Notes: generated by a model not told the origin, from the letters alone. Positions 41,101 through 49,632 are shown, numbered from the stretch's first letter. The stretch is 64,000 nucleotides of DNA from Bacillota bacterium (GCA_021846505.1 JAJZWV010000008.1:11276-75275); one strand, 5' to 3'. A program made the numbers and translations.

Positions 41101-41521
41101 GTTCGCTGCGGCGGTCGCCGAGATGTTTGGAGGGGGCCGCGGGGGGTTTCACTGGGTCACGAGCCCGGAGCCGGGTCTGGATCTGTGGGTGGAGCCGCCC
41201 GGAAAGCGGGCGCAGTCGCTGGGGCTGCTGTCGGGGGGCGAGAAGGCGCTGGGCGCGTTGGCGTGGCTATTTGCCCTGCTGGATGTGCGGCCGGCGCCGC
41301 TGGTGGTGCTGGATGAAGCGGAAGCCAGCCTGGATGAAGAGAATGCACGGCGCTTCGCGCTTTACCTGTCGCGCCGCCGCCACTCACAGTACCTGGTGGT
41401 GACGCATCACAAGTCCACCATGGAGCAAGCCGCGGCGCTGTGGGGCTTTGCCAGTGATGGGGGGGGCGCCAGCCGGCTGGTATCGGTGCGGTTGGGCGCG
41501 ATGCCCGAGGAGGTGGGCTGA
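38153..41521 (+). CDS. smc: Chromosome segregation protein SMC
   Basis: N-terminal FKSF...GPNGGGKSN Walker A, long coiled coils, hinge (GYGSGVRAVL...), and C-terminal LSGGEKAL signature plus Walker B LVVLDEAEASLD. Confidence 0.95.
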   Translation: MHLKAVELYGFKSFAGEVRIELPAGLTAFVGPNGGGKSNLVDAIRWALGEQRVRELRAERWEDLLWSGSPHRRPAQLAEVMLEFDNTDGVMARWPETLRVGRRLYRHGDSEYLVGTRAVRLKDLTEWFLDSGLGRAAYAVIGQGRIEATLLQRPAERLQQVEEAAGNTRVQLREQETRQRLAAVARDLVRARDLTVGVQREMAEMAAEAERERRYLALAAEVDRLRLGLKAARRAKLERQMGRLAEQRAAADSRRAVLSSEHDALEAARTALEAVAAQQDAARAKLDARAQECEQARQRWQGRLESLRAERSQIEGWVREAQQEESRHAAAADGPPLAAEAPDDRLAEVHAALRAVERALVQAEADQAAKERTHQALAAERDRLAALEVGYRRAADRLSGILGPLAEDPARSMAALAQQVEAEAAQLAASDGEMRQQAEQVDRLTQYLSAERERLAALEQQVAQRQARHRVLHQLEAEGEGYGSGVRAVLRAAQEGALEGVLGTLGSLLTVPDPYQVAILATLGGAAQDVVVATDRDARRAVRHLQARGLGRATFLPLDAVRAARPNVGDNDLARQEGVRGWALDLVSMDARVRPAAAHRLGRVLVLERLEDAVALGRLTAFRYRLVTLDGQLVHPGGAITGGSPGQPSSPWTRRAEIGHLAKQLATERPQLAGLRELLASAERERREAVAQLAQREREHHQRQVAHGEAVRRLAAARSVWESQDPGGAEAAERLPGAERVAAEAEAEWRAAGAATQELRSQRAALNSERERWEAAAGERRRAAERWAAVAAEAAERRAAAERRLATLSARAETVGQAVERAAEQLGALDAELRELAGEAATRREERSALREEARVLEDRLVGVRVERGRVDQRSQQLAVEQERVAGQLEELAADPESGGPPVADVPASEREMAALARQGEELGPIRPGSLAAYDALEQRARFLASEQQDVQQAAADLESTLATLAQEVEVRRRDALQQLEQAFAAAVAEMFGGGRGGFHWVTSPEPGLDLWVEPPGKRAQSLGLLSGGEKALGALAWLFALLDVRPAPLVVLDEAEASLDEENARRFALYLSRRRHSQYLVVTHHKSTMEQAAALWGFASDGGGASRLVSVRLGAMPEEVG

Positions 41522-41522
41522 C

Positions 41523-42443
41523 ATGCCCGATGCCGAGCGAACGCGCTGGTGGCAGGGCTTGCGCCGAACGCGCGACCGCGTGGAAGCTGGCTGGCGCCGG
41601 CTGGTAGGGCTGCGCGTCAGTGAAGAATTTTGGGACCTGTTGGAAGAGACGCTGTATCAGGCGGACGTGGGCCCCGCGACGGTGGAGGCGCTGCTGGCGC
41701 GGATGCACGAGCGGGTGCGCGAGGAGCGGCCTCTATCCGAGGAAGCCCTGCAGCACCTGATGCGCGGCGAGCTGCTCAACTTGCTCCCGGCCGATGCGTC
41801 GGATCCATGGGCACTCCCGCCCGATCGCCCCCAGGTGTGGGTGGTTCTGGGGGTCAACGGGTCGGGCAAGACCACCAGTGTGGGCAAGTTGGCAGGGCGG
41901 TTCCACCAGCGAGGCCACCGGGTGCTGATGGGAGCGGCCGATACCTTTCGCGCGGCGGCGGCCGAGCAGCTGGCGGGGTGGGCGCGCCGGGTGGACGTGC
42001 CGATCTTGCAGCAGGGGCCGGGTGCCGATCCCGCCGCGGTGGCGTTTGACACGGTGCAGGCGGCCGTGAGCCGGAGGATGGACCTGGCAATCATCGACAC
42101 GGCGGGGCGACTGCACACCAAGGCGCCCCTCATGCAAGAATTGGGAAAAATCGTGAAGGTGCTGGACCGGGCGCATCCGGGAGCGCCCCATGAGACGCTC
42201 CTGGTCCTGGATGCGACCATGGGGCAGAACGCTCTGCGCCAGGCGGAGCTGTTCCAGGGCGTCGGCGCGACCGGGATCATTCTCACGAAGTTGGACGGCA
42301 CGGCCAAAGGGGGGATGGTGCTGGCGATTCATCGCGAGCTGGGCCTGCCGGTGCAGTGGATCGGCTTAGGCGAGCAGGCTGAGGATTTGGAGCCCTTTCG
42401 GCGGGAAGCGTTTGTGGATTCCCTTATGGGGCGCGGTCGGTAG
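41523..42443 (+). CDS. ftsY: Signal recognition particle receptor FtsY
   Basis: NG domain: GVNGSGKTTSVGKLA, DTFRAAA, DTAGRL and TKLDGTAKGG. ATG 41523 directly after the smc stop. Confidence 0.9.
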   Translation: MPDAERTRWWQGLRRTRDRVEAGWRRLVGLRVSEEFWDLLEETLYQADVGPATVEALLARMHERVREERPLSEEALQHLMRGELLNLLPADASDPWALPPDRPQVWVVLGVNGSGKTTSVGKLAGRFHQRGHRVLMGAADTFRAAAAEQLAGWARRVDVPILQQGPGADPAAVAFDTVQAAVSRRMDLAIIDTAGRLHTKAPLMQELGKIVKVLDRAHPGAPHETLLVLDATMGQNALRQAELFQGVGATGIILTKLDGTAKGGMVLAIHRELGLPVQWIGLGEQAEDLEPFRREAFVDSLMGRGR

Positions 42444-42997
42444 CCAGCTGGCTCGGCAGCCGCGAGGGATGCCGGGCGTAAAACTCGCCGCGCAGCATGC
42501 CGAGCACCACCAAATCGATTCGCTGGCCCTGGTGGATCTCATGCTGGCGCAGCAGGCCTTCCCGCTGGAAGCCGATGCGGTGTAACAGCCTGAGCGACGA
42601 CGCATTGAAGGGATACACCTCCGCATAGATGCGGTCTAAATCCTGGAGAGAAAACCCATAGTCCATCGCCAGGATGACGGCGGCCTGCCCAACGCCCTGC
42701 CGCCGGGCCGAGCGCTCCGCGACAACGAATCCCAGGGCAGCGCGGCGCTCCAGGTGGGATATGAAGGCCAGCTGGACATACCCTACCAGCTGCTCGCGAT
42801 AGGCGATGCCCAGCAGCACCAGGTCCTCGGGCGGATTCCCGCACTCGGTCTTCGTACCGCTGCTCGAAGCGAGCCCGCGACATCCACGGCGCCCATCCCA
42901 CCTGGTGCTCGATCTCCAAATCCTTCGACCACGCGTACAGCCGAGGGATGTCCTCCATCTCCAGCGGCCGAATGGCTACGTCACCCGTGGTCAGCAC
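42424..42997 (-). pseudogene. RimJ/RimL-like GNAT N-acetyltransferase interrupted by a frameshift
   Basis: N-terminal half (VAIRPLEMEDIPRLYAWS...FEQRYEDRV) is in the frame of ORF 42539..42997. C-terminal half (NPPEDLVLLGIAYREQLVGYVQL...RRQGVGQAAV...NASSLRLLHRIGFQREG) is in the frame of ORF 42424..42819. Frames switch near the CCC run at 42838-42840. Confidence 0.6.
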
Positions 42998-43182
42998 AGC
43001 ACACCTCTCCCCCCATTGGCGCGAGACCGAGCTCCACCGGGGCGCCGGACGGTCGGCGTGTTCGGCGCGGCCTCTTGCCGCCGCGCCGACAGAAGTGCGC
43101 CGTCACATCAGGTCACGCCCGCGGGCCCTCCCCGTGGTCGCCGGCACAGTCCGGCGCCAGGGCCACCTCTCGGCAGCACTCC

Positions 43183-43386
43183 TCAGCTCCGCAGGGGGCG
43201 CTGGCCGGCCCAACGCGCGGCGCGATCGATCAATGATAGCACTGCCGCCAGGACTGGGCTCGTGGACATCATTCGGCTTCGGCCCGACATCACCTCAGCG
43301 CCGCGACCACCCGCACGTGATGCGCTGTGCTGCCGGTCCAGTAGCGCCGCCAGTGGACCGGTGTCCATCAGGGGCATGAGGTTCAC
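43183..43386 (-). pseudogene. Possible truncated PIN-domain (VapC-like) toxin remnant
   Basis: The 67-aa ORF begins MNLMPLMDTGPLAALLDRQH...STSPVLAAVLSLI, resembling PIN N-termini (LLDTGPLVALLdrrD.hH..A...vltE). It stops at about half the normal length. Weak. Confidence 0.25.
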
Positions 43387-43814
43387 GTCGGGGAGGCGCG
43401 GTCGGCACTCAGCCGGTCGGCAAACCGGGGGGTGAGCGGCGCGCCCCCTGGCTGTTCATCGCTCCACTGGCCTCGGCCCACGGGTCGGGCCGTGAGGCGC
43501 CCCATTCATCACGGCAGCGGGGGCGCTCGCGATTCGCAATGAACTGCGACTCCGCCATGCCCAAGCGGTCCGCTGCACCCTCAAGTGCTGTGCCCGCCGC
43601 TCCGCGAGGGGACAGCGCTTCGCCTTTTCACCCCAGCCCCAAGCATGGCCGTTGTGCCGCCCGCCATACGCGAAGGTCTTGGGATGCATGCCACGGGAGT
43701 GCGGGCGCGCGCCCGTGTGGCGGGGCTCAGGCGCTGCCACCGCCGCTGCGGCGGTGCTTCCAGTAAGCAACGAGGTTGTCGGAAGTGCGGGAGACGGCGA
43801 GGGGCCGTGCGCAG

Positions 43815-43844
43815 TTGACGGGCGGGCGCCCGCGGGCATACAAT
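43815..43844 (+). promoter_or_regulatory. SigmaA-type promoter driving the riboswitch leader
   Basis: TTGACG (43815-43820), 18 nt, TACAAT (43839-43844). Confidence 0.5.
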
Positions 43845-43852
43845 AGCCACAG

Positions 43853-43968
43853 CCTTGAATGCCAAATCCCTGTCTAACTGGGGAGCGGAGGAACCGAACT
43901 ATTGGGGTGAATCGGCTTTGGCCGTAGGGCGCCCAGCCCGAATCCGTCAGCTAACTTCGTCGGCAAGG
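43853..43968 (+). promoter_or_regulatory. ydaO/yuaA-type (c-di-AMP) riboswitch aptamer
   Basis: Contains GGGGUGAAUC, CCGUAGGGCG and CCCGAAUCCGUCAGCUAACUUCGUCGGC, and in the 5' half GAAUGCCAAAUCC...GGGGAGCGGAGGAACC. These match conserved blocks of the B. subtilis ydaO leader as I recall it. Closed by CCUUG/CAAGG (43853-57 with 43964-68). Confidence 0.8.
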
Positions 43969-43991
43969 GGGACTCGAGGTCGTTTTTATGT

Positions 43992-44036
43992 CCGCCCCCT
44001 CGTTTGTGCTTAGGCGGTGGGGAGCGGTTTTTTTAT
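43992..44036 (+). terminator. Intrinsic terminator (riboswitch expression platform)
   Basis: CCGCCCCC...GGGAGCGG stem with one mismatch, followed by T7 (44030-44036). The 5' arm CCCCCU can alternatively pair with AGGGGG at the 3' edge of the aptamer. Confidence 0.6.
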
Positions 44037-44049
44037 CCCCCAATGCGGC

Positions 44050-45255
44050 ATGAAACAGAGAGACAGAGAGAGACGGAGGTGGACCCTGTTGGAAAGGCGG
44101 CTACTGCACTTGTCGCTGCTGGCGGATCCGTTGAGTCCGTTTTCGGGCGGCATGGTGGGAGGACGGCAAGTGTTGGTCCGCGAGGCCGTGCGCGCCGTCC
44201 AAAGTGAAGGATTCGGCATCGATGTTTTGACAGCCGCGGGCGCCGGAACGGAGGAGCGATCGGCGCTGGGCCACCTGGCGCGGGTGGTGCGGCTCCGGAC
44301 GGTGCCGGCTGGTGCACCCATGGACGAAGCCGCCCTAGCATGGGGCCGGGAAGCTTGGGATTGGATTCGGAGCCAGCGCCGGCACTACCAGCTGATGCAC
44401 AGCCACCACTGGATGTCCGGCGCGGTGGCCGCAGCGCTGCGCTCCGACCTCGGGGTGCCGTGGGTGCACTCCCCCTGGTCGATGCCGGACTTTGATGCGC
44501 AGGAGCCGGCCATGGCCGACGCCATGCGAGCCCAGCTGGCCTCCGCGGACTGGATCGTGATGCCGTACCCGGCTTTTGCCGATCGGGTGGCGGCCCTGGT
44601 GCCGGGCATCCGCGTGCGTGTCATCAGCCCGGGTGTGGACATGGCCACGTTTTTTCCGCGGGATCCCGGCCCGATGCTGAAGACGCTGGGCCAAACCCAG
44701 CGGGGCGTGCTGACGGTGGTGGGCGAAGCCGATGACGGCGTGCACGCTCTGCTGGAGGAGTGGGTGCGCCGGCATGAATCCGGTGCGATTCCGCGAGACG
44801 TGCTCCTGATGGTGGCGGGCATGGACGCGCCGGCCGCCAGCGCGGCAGACTGGGCGGCGCGGGGGGTGCGCTTCTTAGGGACGCTGCCGCATCGCAGCTT
44901 AGCCCGCTACTACTCAGCGGCGGCGGCGACCGTGCTGCCGGCGCGCCATGCGAGCCTTGGCATGGCGGCCCTGGAGTCGATGGCGTCGGGCACCCCGGTG
45001 GTGGCGACGGAGGTAGCTGGCCAAGCGTCGGTCGTGTTGGCCGGCGAGACGGGTCGCCTGGTAGCGCCCCTCGAGACAGGCGCGCTGCTGGATGCGGCCC
45101 TGGAGATTCAGTCACAGCCTGCCCTGGCGCGCCGCATGAGCGGCGCAGCGGTGGAGCACATCCGGGCGCACTACGCGCGCGAGCGCATGGCCAAAACGCT
45201 GGCGGACCTGTACCAGGAAGTGGCCGGCGTACCCAGCCTGGCCGCGCCGTCCTGA
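44050..45255 (+). CDS. GT4-family glycosyltransferase (MshA/sucrose-phosphate-synthase-like)
   Basis: N-terminus HLSLLADPLSPFSGGMVGGRQVLVRE..A....G..IDVLT and C-terminal EX7E region (LGMAALESMASGTPVVATE). Start uncertain: ATG 44050 has no SD, TTG 44089 follows GGAGG. Confidence 0.8.
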   Translation: MKQRDRERRRWTLLERRLLHLSLLADPLSPFSGGMVGGRQVLVREAVRAVQSEGFGIDVLTAAGAGTEERSALGHLARVVRLRTVPAGAPMDEAALAWGREAWDWIRSQRRHYQLMHSHHWMSGAVAAALRSDLGVPWVHSPWSMPDFDAQEPAMADAMRAQLASADWIVMPYPAFADRVAALVPGIRVRVISPGVDMATFFPRDPGPMLKTLGQTQRGVLTVVGEADDGVHALLEEWVRRHESGAIPRDVLLMVAGMDAPAASAADWAARGVRFLGTLPHRSLARYYSAAAATVLPARHASLGMAALESMASGTPVVATEVAGQASVVLAGETGRLVAPLETGALLDAALEIQSQPALARRMSGAAVEHIRAHYARERMAKTLADLYQEVAGVPSLAAPS

Positions 45256-45269
45256 GGGGCGCTGGGGCG

Positions 45270-45299
45270 TTGACAGCGGCGGGCGTCGCCGCGTATTAT
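45270..45299 (+). promoter_or_regulatory. Candidate sigmaA promoter for ylxM-ffh
   Basis: TTGACA (45270-45275), 18 nt, TATTAT (45294-45299). Confidence 0.5.
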
Positions 45300-45379
45300 C
45301 GGCGATGGTGCTAATGGCTTGCCATGACCACCGATGAGGAGGTGGCGCCACGCGCTGGGATCGCGTACGGGCGGCCCGA

Positions 45380-45730
45380 ATGGCGGAAGCCTACGGGCCG
45401 CTGCTCACGCCCCGCCAGCGCGAGGTGTGGGCGCTAGTTTATGACGAAGACTGGTCGCTGACTGAGGTGGCGGGGGCGCTGGGCATCACCCGCGCGGCCG
45501 TGGCGGAACTGCTGAAGCGGGCGCAGGAGCGTCTGATCGAGTGGGAGGCTCGCCTCAACTTAATGGGGCTTGAAGAGCGCCGCGCGGCGCGCTTCGCGGA
45601 GTGGGCGACGATTCTGGCGGAATTGCCCGACGGGCCCGCAGCCGCCGCGCTGGCACGGCTCTATCGCGCATGGTGTGTGGAAGAGGGATTCGAAGGCACA
45701 GCCGACGGGAGGGACGAGGCGCATGTTTGA
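45380..45730 (+). CDS. ylxM: YlxM/UPF0122 putative DNA-binding protein
   Basis: LLTPRQREVWALVYDEDWSLTEVAGALGITRAAVAELLKRAQERL (sigma70 region-4-like HTH). Conserved position before ffh. Confidence 0.8.
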   Translation: MAEAYGPLLTPRQREVWALVYDEDWSLTEVAGALGITRAAVAELLKRAQERLIEWEARLNLMGLEERRAARFAEWATILAELPDGPAAAALARLYRAWCVEEGFEGTADGRDEAHV

Positions 45731-47090
45731 GTCACTGACAGAGAAGCTCAATCGGGCGCTCGCTCCGCTGCGAAAAAAAGGCAAGCTGAGCGAAGCTGAC
45801 GTCCGGAGCGCCCTGCGCGACGTGCGGCTGGCTCTGCTGGAGGCGGACGTCAACTTTCGCGTCGTGAAAAGCTTTATCGCCAGCGTGGAGGCGCGCGCGG
45901 TCGGCGAGAGCGTGCTCGCCAGCCTCACGCCTGCCCAGGCCGTGATTCGCGTGGTGCGCGATGAGCTCGTGGCGCTGCTGGGCCCTGAGCCGCCGCCGCT
46001 GCAGATGGCATCCCGGCCCCCGACCGTCTTCTATTTGGTGGGGCTGCAGGGCGCGGGCAAAACCACGGCAGCCGCGAAGTTGGCCCGAGTGCTGGTTCAG
46101 CGCGGCCGCCATCCCCTGCTGGTCGCCGCAGACGTTTACCGCCCCGCCGCCGTGGACCAGCTGCAGCGGCTGGCCGAGGGGCTGCACCTGCCCGTGCTGC
46201 ACGATGTCTCGGCGGCTCCACCGGCGCTGATGCAGCGCGTGGAGGCCGAAAGCCGCCGAGTGGCCGCGGATGTGGCCGTGGTGGACACGGCCGGGCGGCT
46301 CCATGTGGACGCGGCTCTCATGGACGAGCTGGTGGCCATGCAGCGCGTGCTGCCCGCTCACGAAACCCTGCTGGTGGTGGATGCCATGACGGGGCAGGAT
46401 GCCGTCAACGTGGCGGCCGCGTTTCGCGAGCGCCTGCCGCTGACCGGCATTGTGCTGACCAAAATGGACGGCGACGCGCGCGGCGGGGCCGCGCTCTCCA
46501 TGCGGGAGGCTACGGGCTTGCCCATCAAGTGGGTGGGGGTGAGCGAGAAGCTGGACGGCCTGGAGTCCTTTCAAGCCGAGCGCATGGCGGGGCGCATCTT
46601 GGGTATGGGTGATGTGCTGGGGCTGATTGAGCGGGCCGAGTCCGCCGTGGACGAGGCGGCCACGGCGGACTTGGCGGAGCGGCTCCAGCGGTCGGACTTT
46701 ACGTTGGACGACTTTCAGGCCATGCTGCGGCAGGTCCGGAAGATGGGCCCGCTGTCCCAGCTGATGGACATGATCCCGGGCCTGAAGCAGCGCACCAAGG
46801 GCATGCCCGAGGTGGACGAACGAGGGCTCGGGCGCATCGAAGCGATGCTGTCCTCCATGACGCCGAAGGAGCGCCGGCGCCCCCAGCTGATTGATGGGAG
46901 CCGGCGGCGGCGCATTGCGCGAGGCAGCGGCACGTCGGTTCAGGACGTGAACCGGCTCCTGCAGCAGCATGAGCTGATGCGCAAGATGATGCGGCAGGCG
47001 AAGAACCAAGACAAGCGTCGCGGCAAGCGGCCCGGGGGAGGCCCGCCGCCCGGATGGCCGCCGGGAATGCCCCCGCTTCCCGACCGCTGA
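45723..47090 (+). CDS. ffh: Signal recognition particle protein Ffh
   Basis: MFESLTEKL, GLQGAGKTT, DTAGRL, TKMDGDARGG and a Met-rich M domain. ATG 45723 overlaps the ylxM stop. Confidence 0.95.
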   Translation: MFESLTEKLNRALAPLRKKGKLSEADVRSALRDVRLALLEADVNFRVVKSFIASVEARAVGESVLASLTPAQAVIRVVRDELVALLGPEPPPLQMASRPPTVFYLVGLQGAGKTTAAAKLARVLVQRGRHPLLVAADVYRPAAVDQLQRLAEGLHLPVLHDVSAAPPALMQRVEAESRRVAADVAVVDTAGRLHVDAALMDELVAMQRVLPAHETLLVVDAMTGQDAVNVAAAFRERLPLTGIVLTKMDGDARGGAALSMREATGLPIKWVGVSEKLDGLESFQAERMAGRILGMGDVLGLIERAESAVDEAATADLAERLQRSDFTLDDFQAMLRQVRKMGPLSQLMDMIPGLKQRTKGMPEVDERGLGRIEAMLSSMTPKERRRPQLIDGSRRRRIARGSGTSVQDVNRLLQQHELMRKMMRQAKNQDKRRGKRPGGGPPPGWPPGMPPLPDR

Positions 47091-47144
47091 CTGGCGGCAA
47101 GGCGTCCCGGCCTTATGAATCTCAACACCGTTTTGCGAAAGTGA

Positions 47145-47435
47145 GTGAGTGCAGTGGTGAAGATCCGGCTGCGGCGCATGGGCGCCAAAAAGGCCCCCTT
47201 TTACCGGGTGGTGGTCGCGGATGCGCGATCCCCGCGCGATGGTCGGTTTGTTGAAGAGATTGGCTACTATGACCCGAAGCCGCAGCCGTCCGTCGTGAAG
47301 ATCGACCGCGAGCGAGCGCTGTATTGGCTGGCCCAGGGGGCGGAGCCCACGGATACCGTGGCGAGCTTGCTGCGCGGCGCCGGCATTCTGCAGGCGTTTC
47401 ACGACCAGCGCCAGAAGCCGGCGGCCTCTTCCTAG
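47145..47435 (+). CDS. rpsP: 30S ribosomal protein S16
   Basis: [40 protein letters not shown]. The true start may be GTG 47154 or 47157. Confidence 0.9.
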   Translation: MSAVVKIRLRRMGAKKAPFYRVVVADARSPRDGRFVEEIGYYDPKPQPSVVKIDRERALYWLAQGAEPTDTVASLLRGAGILQAFHDQRQKPAASS

Positions 47436-47436
47436 C

Positions 47437-47955
47437 ATGGGCAGCGGTGGGCCCGAGGTGGACGGCGTGCGCATCGGCCGCATCGTCGCGGCCCACAGCT
47501 TGGATGGCGGGGTGAAGGTGCACCCGTCCAGCGACCACGTCGACCAGTGGGGCGCGCACCTCCGCCAGGTTTGGGTGGGCGGCCGGTGCATGGCGGTGCG
47601 GGGCCAGCGAGTGGCGCGGGGTGAGCCCGTGCTGCTCCTGGATGGCATCCGGACGCGCACGGACGCCGAGCAACTCGTCGGCCAAAACGTGTGGGTTGCG
47701 GCGGACGACTTGCCCCCGCTGCCGTCGGATGAGTACTACTGGCATGACTTGGTGGGCCTTGCCGCCTTGGATGCCCGGGGGGAGTCGCTCGGCCGGGTCA
47801 TCGCCATCATGCGGGGAGCCGCCGACGTCCTGGAGATTGCGGGGGCACGGGGCACGGCGCTGGTGCCGCTGGTGCAGGCGTGGGTGGCGATCGACGCCGC
47901 CGCGGGCCGTGTCACCATCAAAGCAGAGCCGGACTGGGTGCCGCATGCAGATTGA
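47437..47955 (+). CDS. rimM: Ribosome maturation factor RimM
   Basis: RIGRIVAAHSLDGGVKV (PRC barrel) and EYYWHDLVGL motif. Confidence 0.85.
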   Translation: MGSGGPEVDGVRIGRIVAAHSLDGGVKVHPSSDHVDQWGAHLRQVWVGGRCMAVRGQRVARGEPVLLLDGIRTRTDAEQLVGQNVWVAADDLPPLPSDEYYWHDLVGLAALDARGESLGRVIAIMRGAADVLEIAGARGTALVPLVQAWVAIDAAAGRVTIKAEPDWVPHAD

Positions 47956-48661
47956 CATTGTCACCCTGTTTCCCGAAATGTTTCAGGGCCCGTTTGCCGT
48001 CAGCATCGTGGCCCGGGCAGAAGCGCAGGGGCGGTTGTCGCTGAACGTTGTCAATCTGCGAGCGTTTGGGGTGGGGGAGCACCGCACCACGGACGACTAT
48101 CCGTACGGGGGCGGACCCGGGATGGTCATGCGGCCCGAGCCGATTGTGCGGGCGGTGGAGTGGGCGGCGGCGCGCGTGCCGGCGCCGCCGCTGGTCCTGG
48201 TCACATCGGCCCAGGGGCGGCGTCTAGAGCAGCGTGACCTGCAGGGGTGGGCATCCCAGCCGTACTTGGTCATTGTGGCGGGCCACTATGAGGGCATCGA
48301 CCAGCGGGTGATGGAGCTGCTGGCGGCCGAAGAGGTTTCGGTTGGCGACTTCGTGCTGACGGGCGGCGAACTGCCGGCGATGGTGATGGTGGACGGGGTG
48401 GTGCGCCTCCTGCCGGGTGTGCTGGGCGCCCCCGATGGAGCTCAGCGGGACTCCTTCAGCAATGGGGAGGGTGACCTGGAAGGGCCGCAGTACACCCGCC
48501 CGCTGGTGTACCGGGGCCAGGAGGTGCCGGCCGTGCTGCGGTCGGGGCACCATGAGCGGATTCGGGCGTGGCGGGCTCAGCAGGGCCGGGAGGCGGCGGC
48601 GCGGCGAGCCCGGAGCCTCCCGGGGGCTCCGGGCTCGCCGGGGGCGGAACCCAGGGATTGA
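47945..48661 (+). CDS. trmD: tRNA (guanine37-N1)-methyltransferase
   Basis: MQIDIVTLFPEMF, DDYPYGGGPGMVM, GHYEGIDQRV and LTGGELPAM. Internal ATG 47945 of ORF 47621..48661. Confidence 0.9.
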   Translation: MQIDIVTLFPEMFQGPFAVSIVARAEAQGRLSLNVVNLRAFGVGEHRTTDDYPYGGGPGMVMRPEPIVRAVEWAAARVPAPPLVLVTSAQGRRLEQRDLQGWASQPYLVIVAGHYEGIDQRVMELLAAEEVSVGDFVLTGGELPAMVMVDGVVRLLPGVLGAPDGAQRDSFSNGEGDLEGPQYTRPLVYRGQEVPAVLRSGHHERIRAWRAQQGREAAARRARSLPGAPGSPGAEPRD

Positions 48662-48731
48662 GGCGGCGAGCGGTGGTTGGTGAGCTAGCCGGCGCGGGTG
48701 ATATACTAGCTCCGGTCGAAAAGGAGGAAGC

Positions 48732-49076
48732 GTGTTGGACTTGATTCGCCTCATTGAGGAAGAGCAGCTGCGCAGCGACATTCCGGTCTTCCGGCCGGGT
48801 GACACGGTGCGGGTGCACTTGAAGATTCGAGAGGGCACGCGGGAGCGCGTCCAAATGTTTGAGGGCGTCGTGATTGCCCGCCGATCCGGGGGCCTCAGGG
48901 AGACGATGACGGTGCGGCGAGTGTCGTACGGCGTGGGCGTGGAGCGCACGTTTCTGGTGCATTCCCCCCGCATTGAGCGCATCGAAGTGACCCGCCGCGG
49001 CAAGGTGCGGCGGGCCAAGCTGTACTACCTGCGCGGCTTGCGCGGCAAGGCGGCTCGAATCAAGGAACGGCGGTGA
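48732..49076 (+). CDS. rplS: 50S ribosomal protein L19
   Basis: [38 protein letters not shown] start after AAGGAGGAAG. Confidence 0.95.
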   Translation: MLDLIRLIEEEQLRSDIPVFRPGDTVRVHLKIREGTRERVQMFEGVVIARRSGGLRETMTVRRVSYGVGVERTFLVHSPRIERIEVTRRGKVRRAKLYYLRGLRGKAARIKERR

Positions 49077-49119
49077 CGCGGGCGCTCAGTGGCCGACGGC
49101 GCTGGGCAGGGGCCGCTCG

Positions 49120-49632
49120 ATGAGGCGCCCCCGGCCCGTGTGGCTGGATGTGCTTCAAACGCTGGTGCTGTCCCTGGTGCTGGCGTTTTTGATTCGCACC
49201 TTTGTCATTGAGTCATTTCAGGTGTCGGGGTATTCCATGATGCCCACCCTGCACAACAACGACCGGGTGCTGGTAGATAAGCTGCTGTATCAGATTGAGG
49301 GGCCGCACACCGGCGAGGTGATTGTATTTCGCTCGCCGGTGGTGAAGTCAGAGGACTGGATTAAGCGCGTGATTGGGGTCCCCGGCGACACCGTCAAGAT
49401 TATCGCGGGGCACGTGTACATCAACGGCCGCCGCTACCGCGAGCCGTTTATCCAGCTCAACTACAAGTACAACTATGGACCGGTCCACGTGACGGCCGGG
49501 CATCTGTTCGTGTTGGGCGACAACCGCCCCAACAGCTATGACAGCCGGTATTTTGGCCTCCTCAGCGAATCGCGGGTGCGCGGGGATGCCTTTTTCATCT
49601 GGTGGCCGCCACAGCATATGGGCGGACTCTGA
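49120..49632 (+). CDS. lepB: Signal peptidase I
   Basis: SGYSMMPTL (catalytic Ser), KRVIGVPGD (Lys) and GDNRPNSYDSRYFG. Confidence 0.9.
   Translation: MRRPRPVWLDVLQTLVLSLVLAFLIRTFVIESFQVSGYSMMPTLHNNDRVLVDKLLYQIEGPHTGEVIVFRSPVVKSEDWIKRVIGVPGDTVKIIAGHVYINGRRYREPFIQLNYKYNYGPVHVTAGHLFVLGDNRPNSYDSRYFGLLSESRVRGDAFFIWWPPQHMGGL

Noticed and set aside
45336-45380. Strong GAGGAGG SD 38 nt upstream of the ylxM ATG, suggesting a longer YlxM.
   Set aside because: The in-frame region between the stop at 45335-45337 and the ATG at 45380 has no ATG, GTG or TTG. Only a non-canonical ACG is correctly spaced. That is insufficient evidence to extend the gene.
45732-47660. 642-aa minus-strand ORF.
   Set aside because: It is antisense to ffh, rpsP and rimM, which are unambiguous. 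This is a shadow ORF caused by rare stop codons at high GC.
48662-48731. Stem GAGCTAG...CTAGCTC upstream of rplS as a possible L19 leader RNA.
   Set aside because: The stem overlaps a TGATATACT extended -10-like element, so it may lie upstream of the TSS. I cannot match it to the known L19 leader without a covariance-model search.
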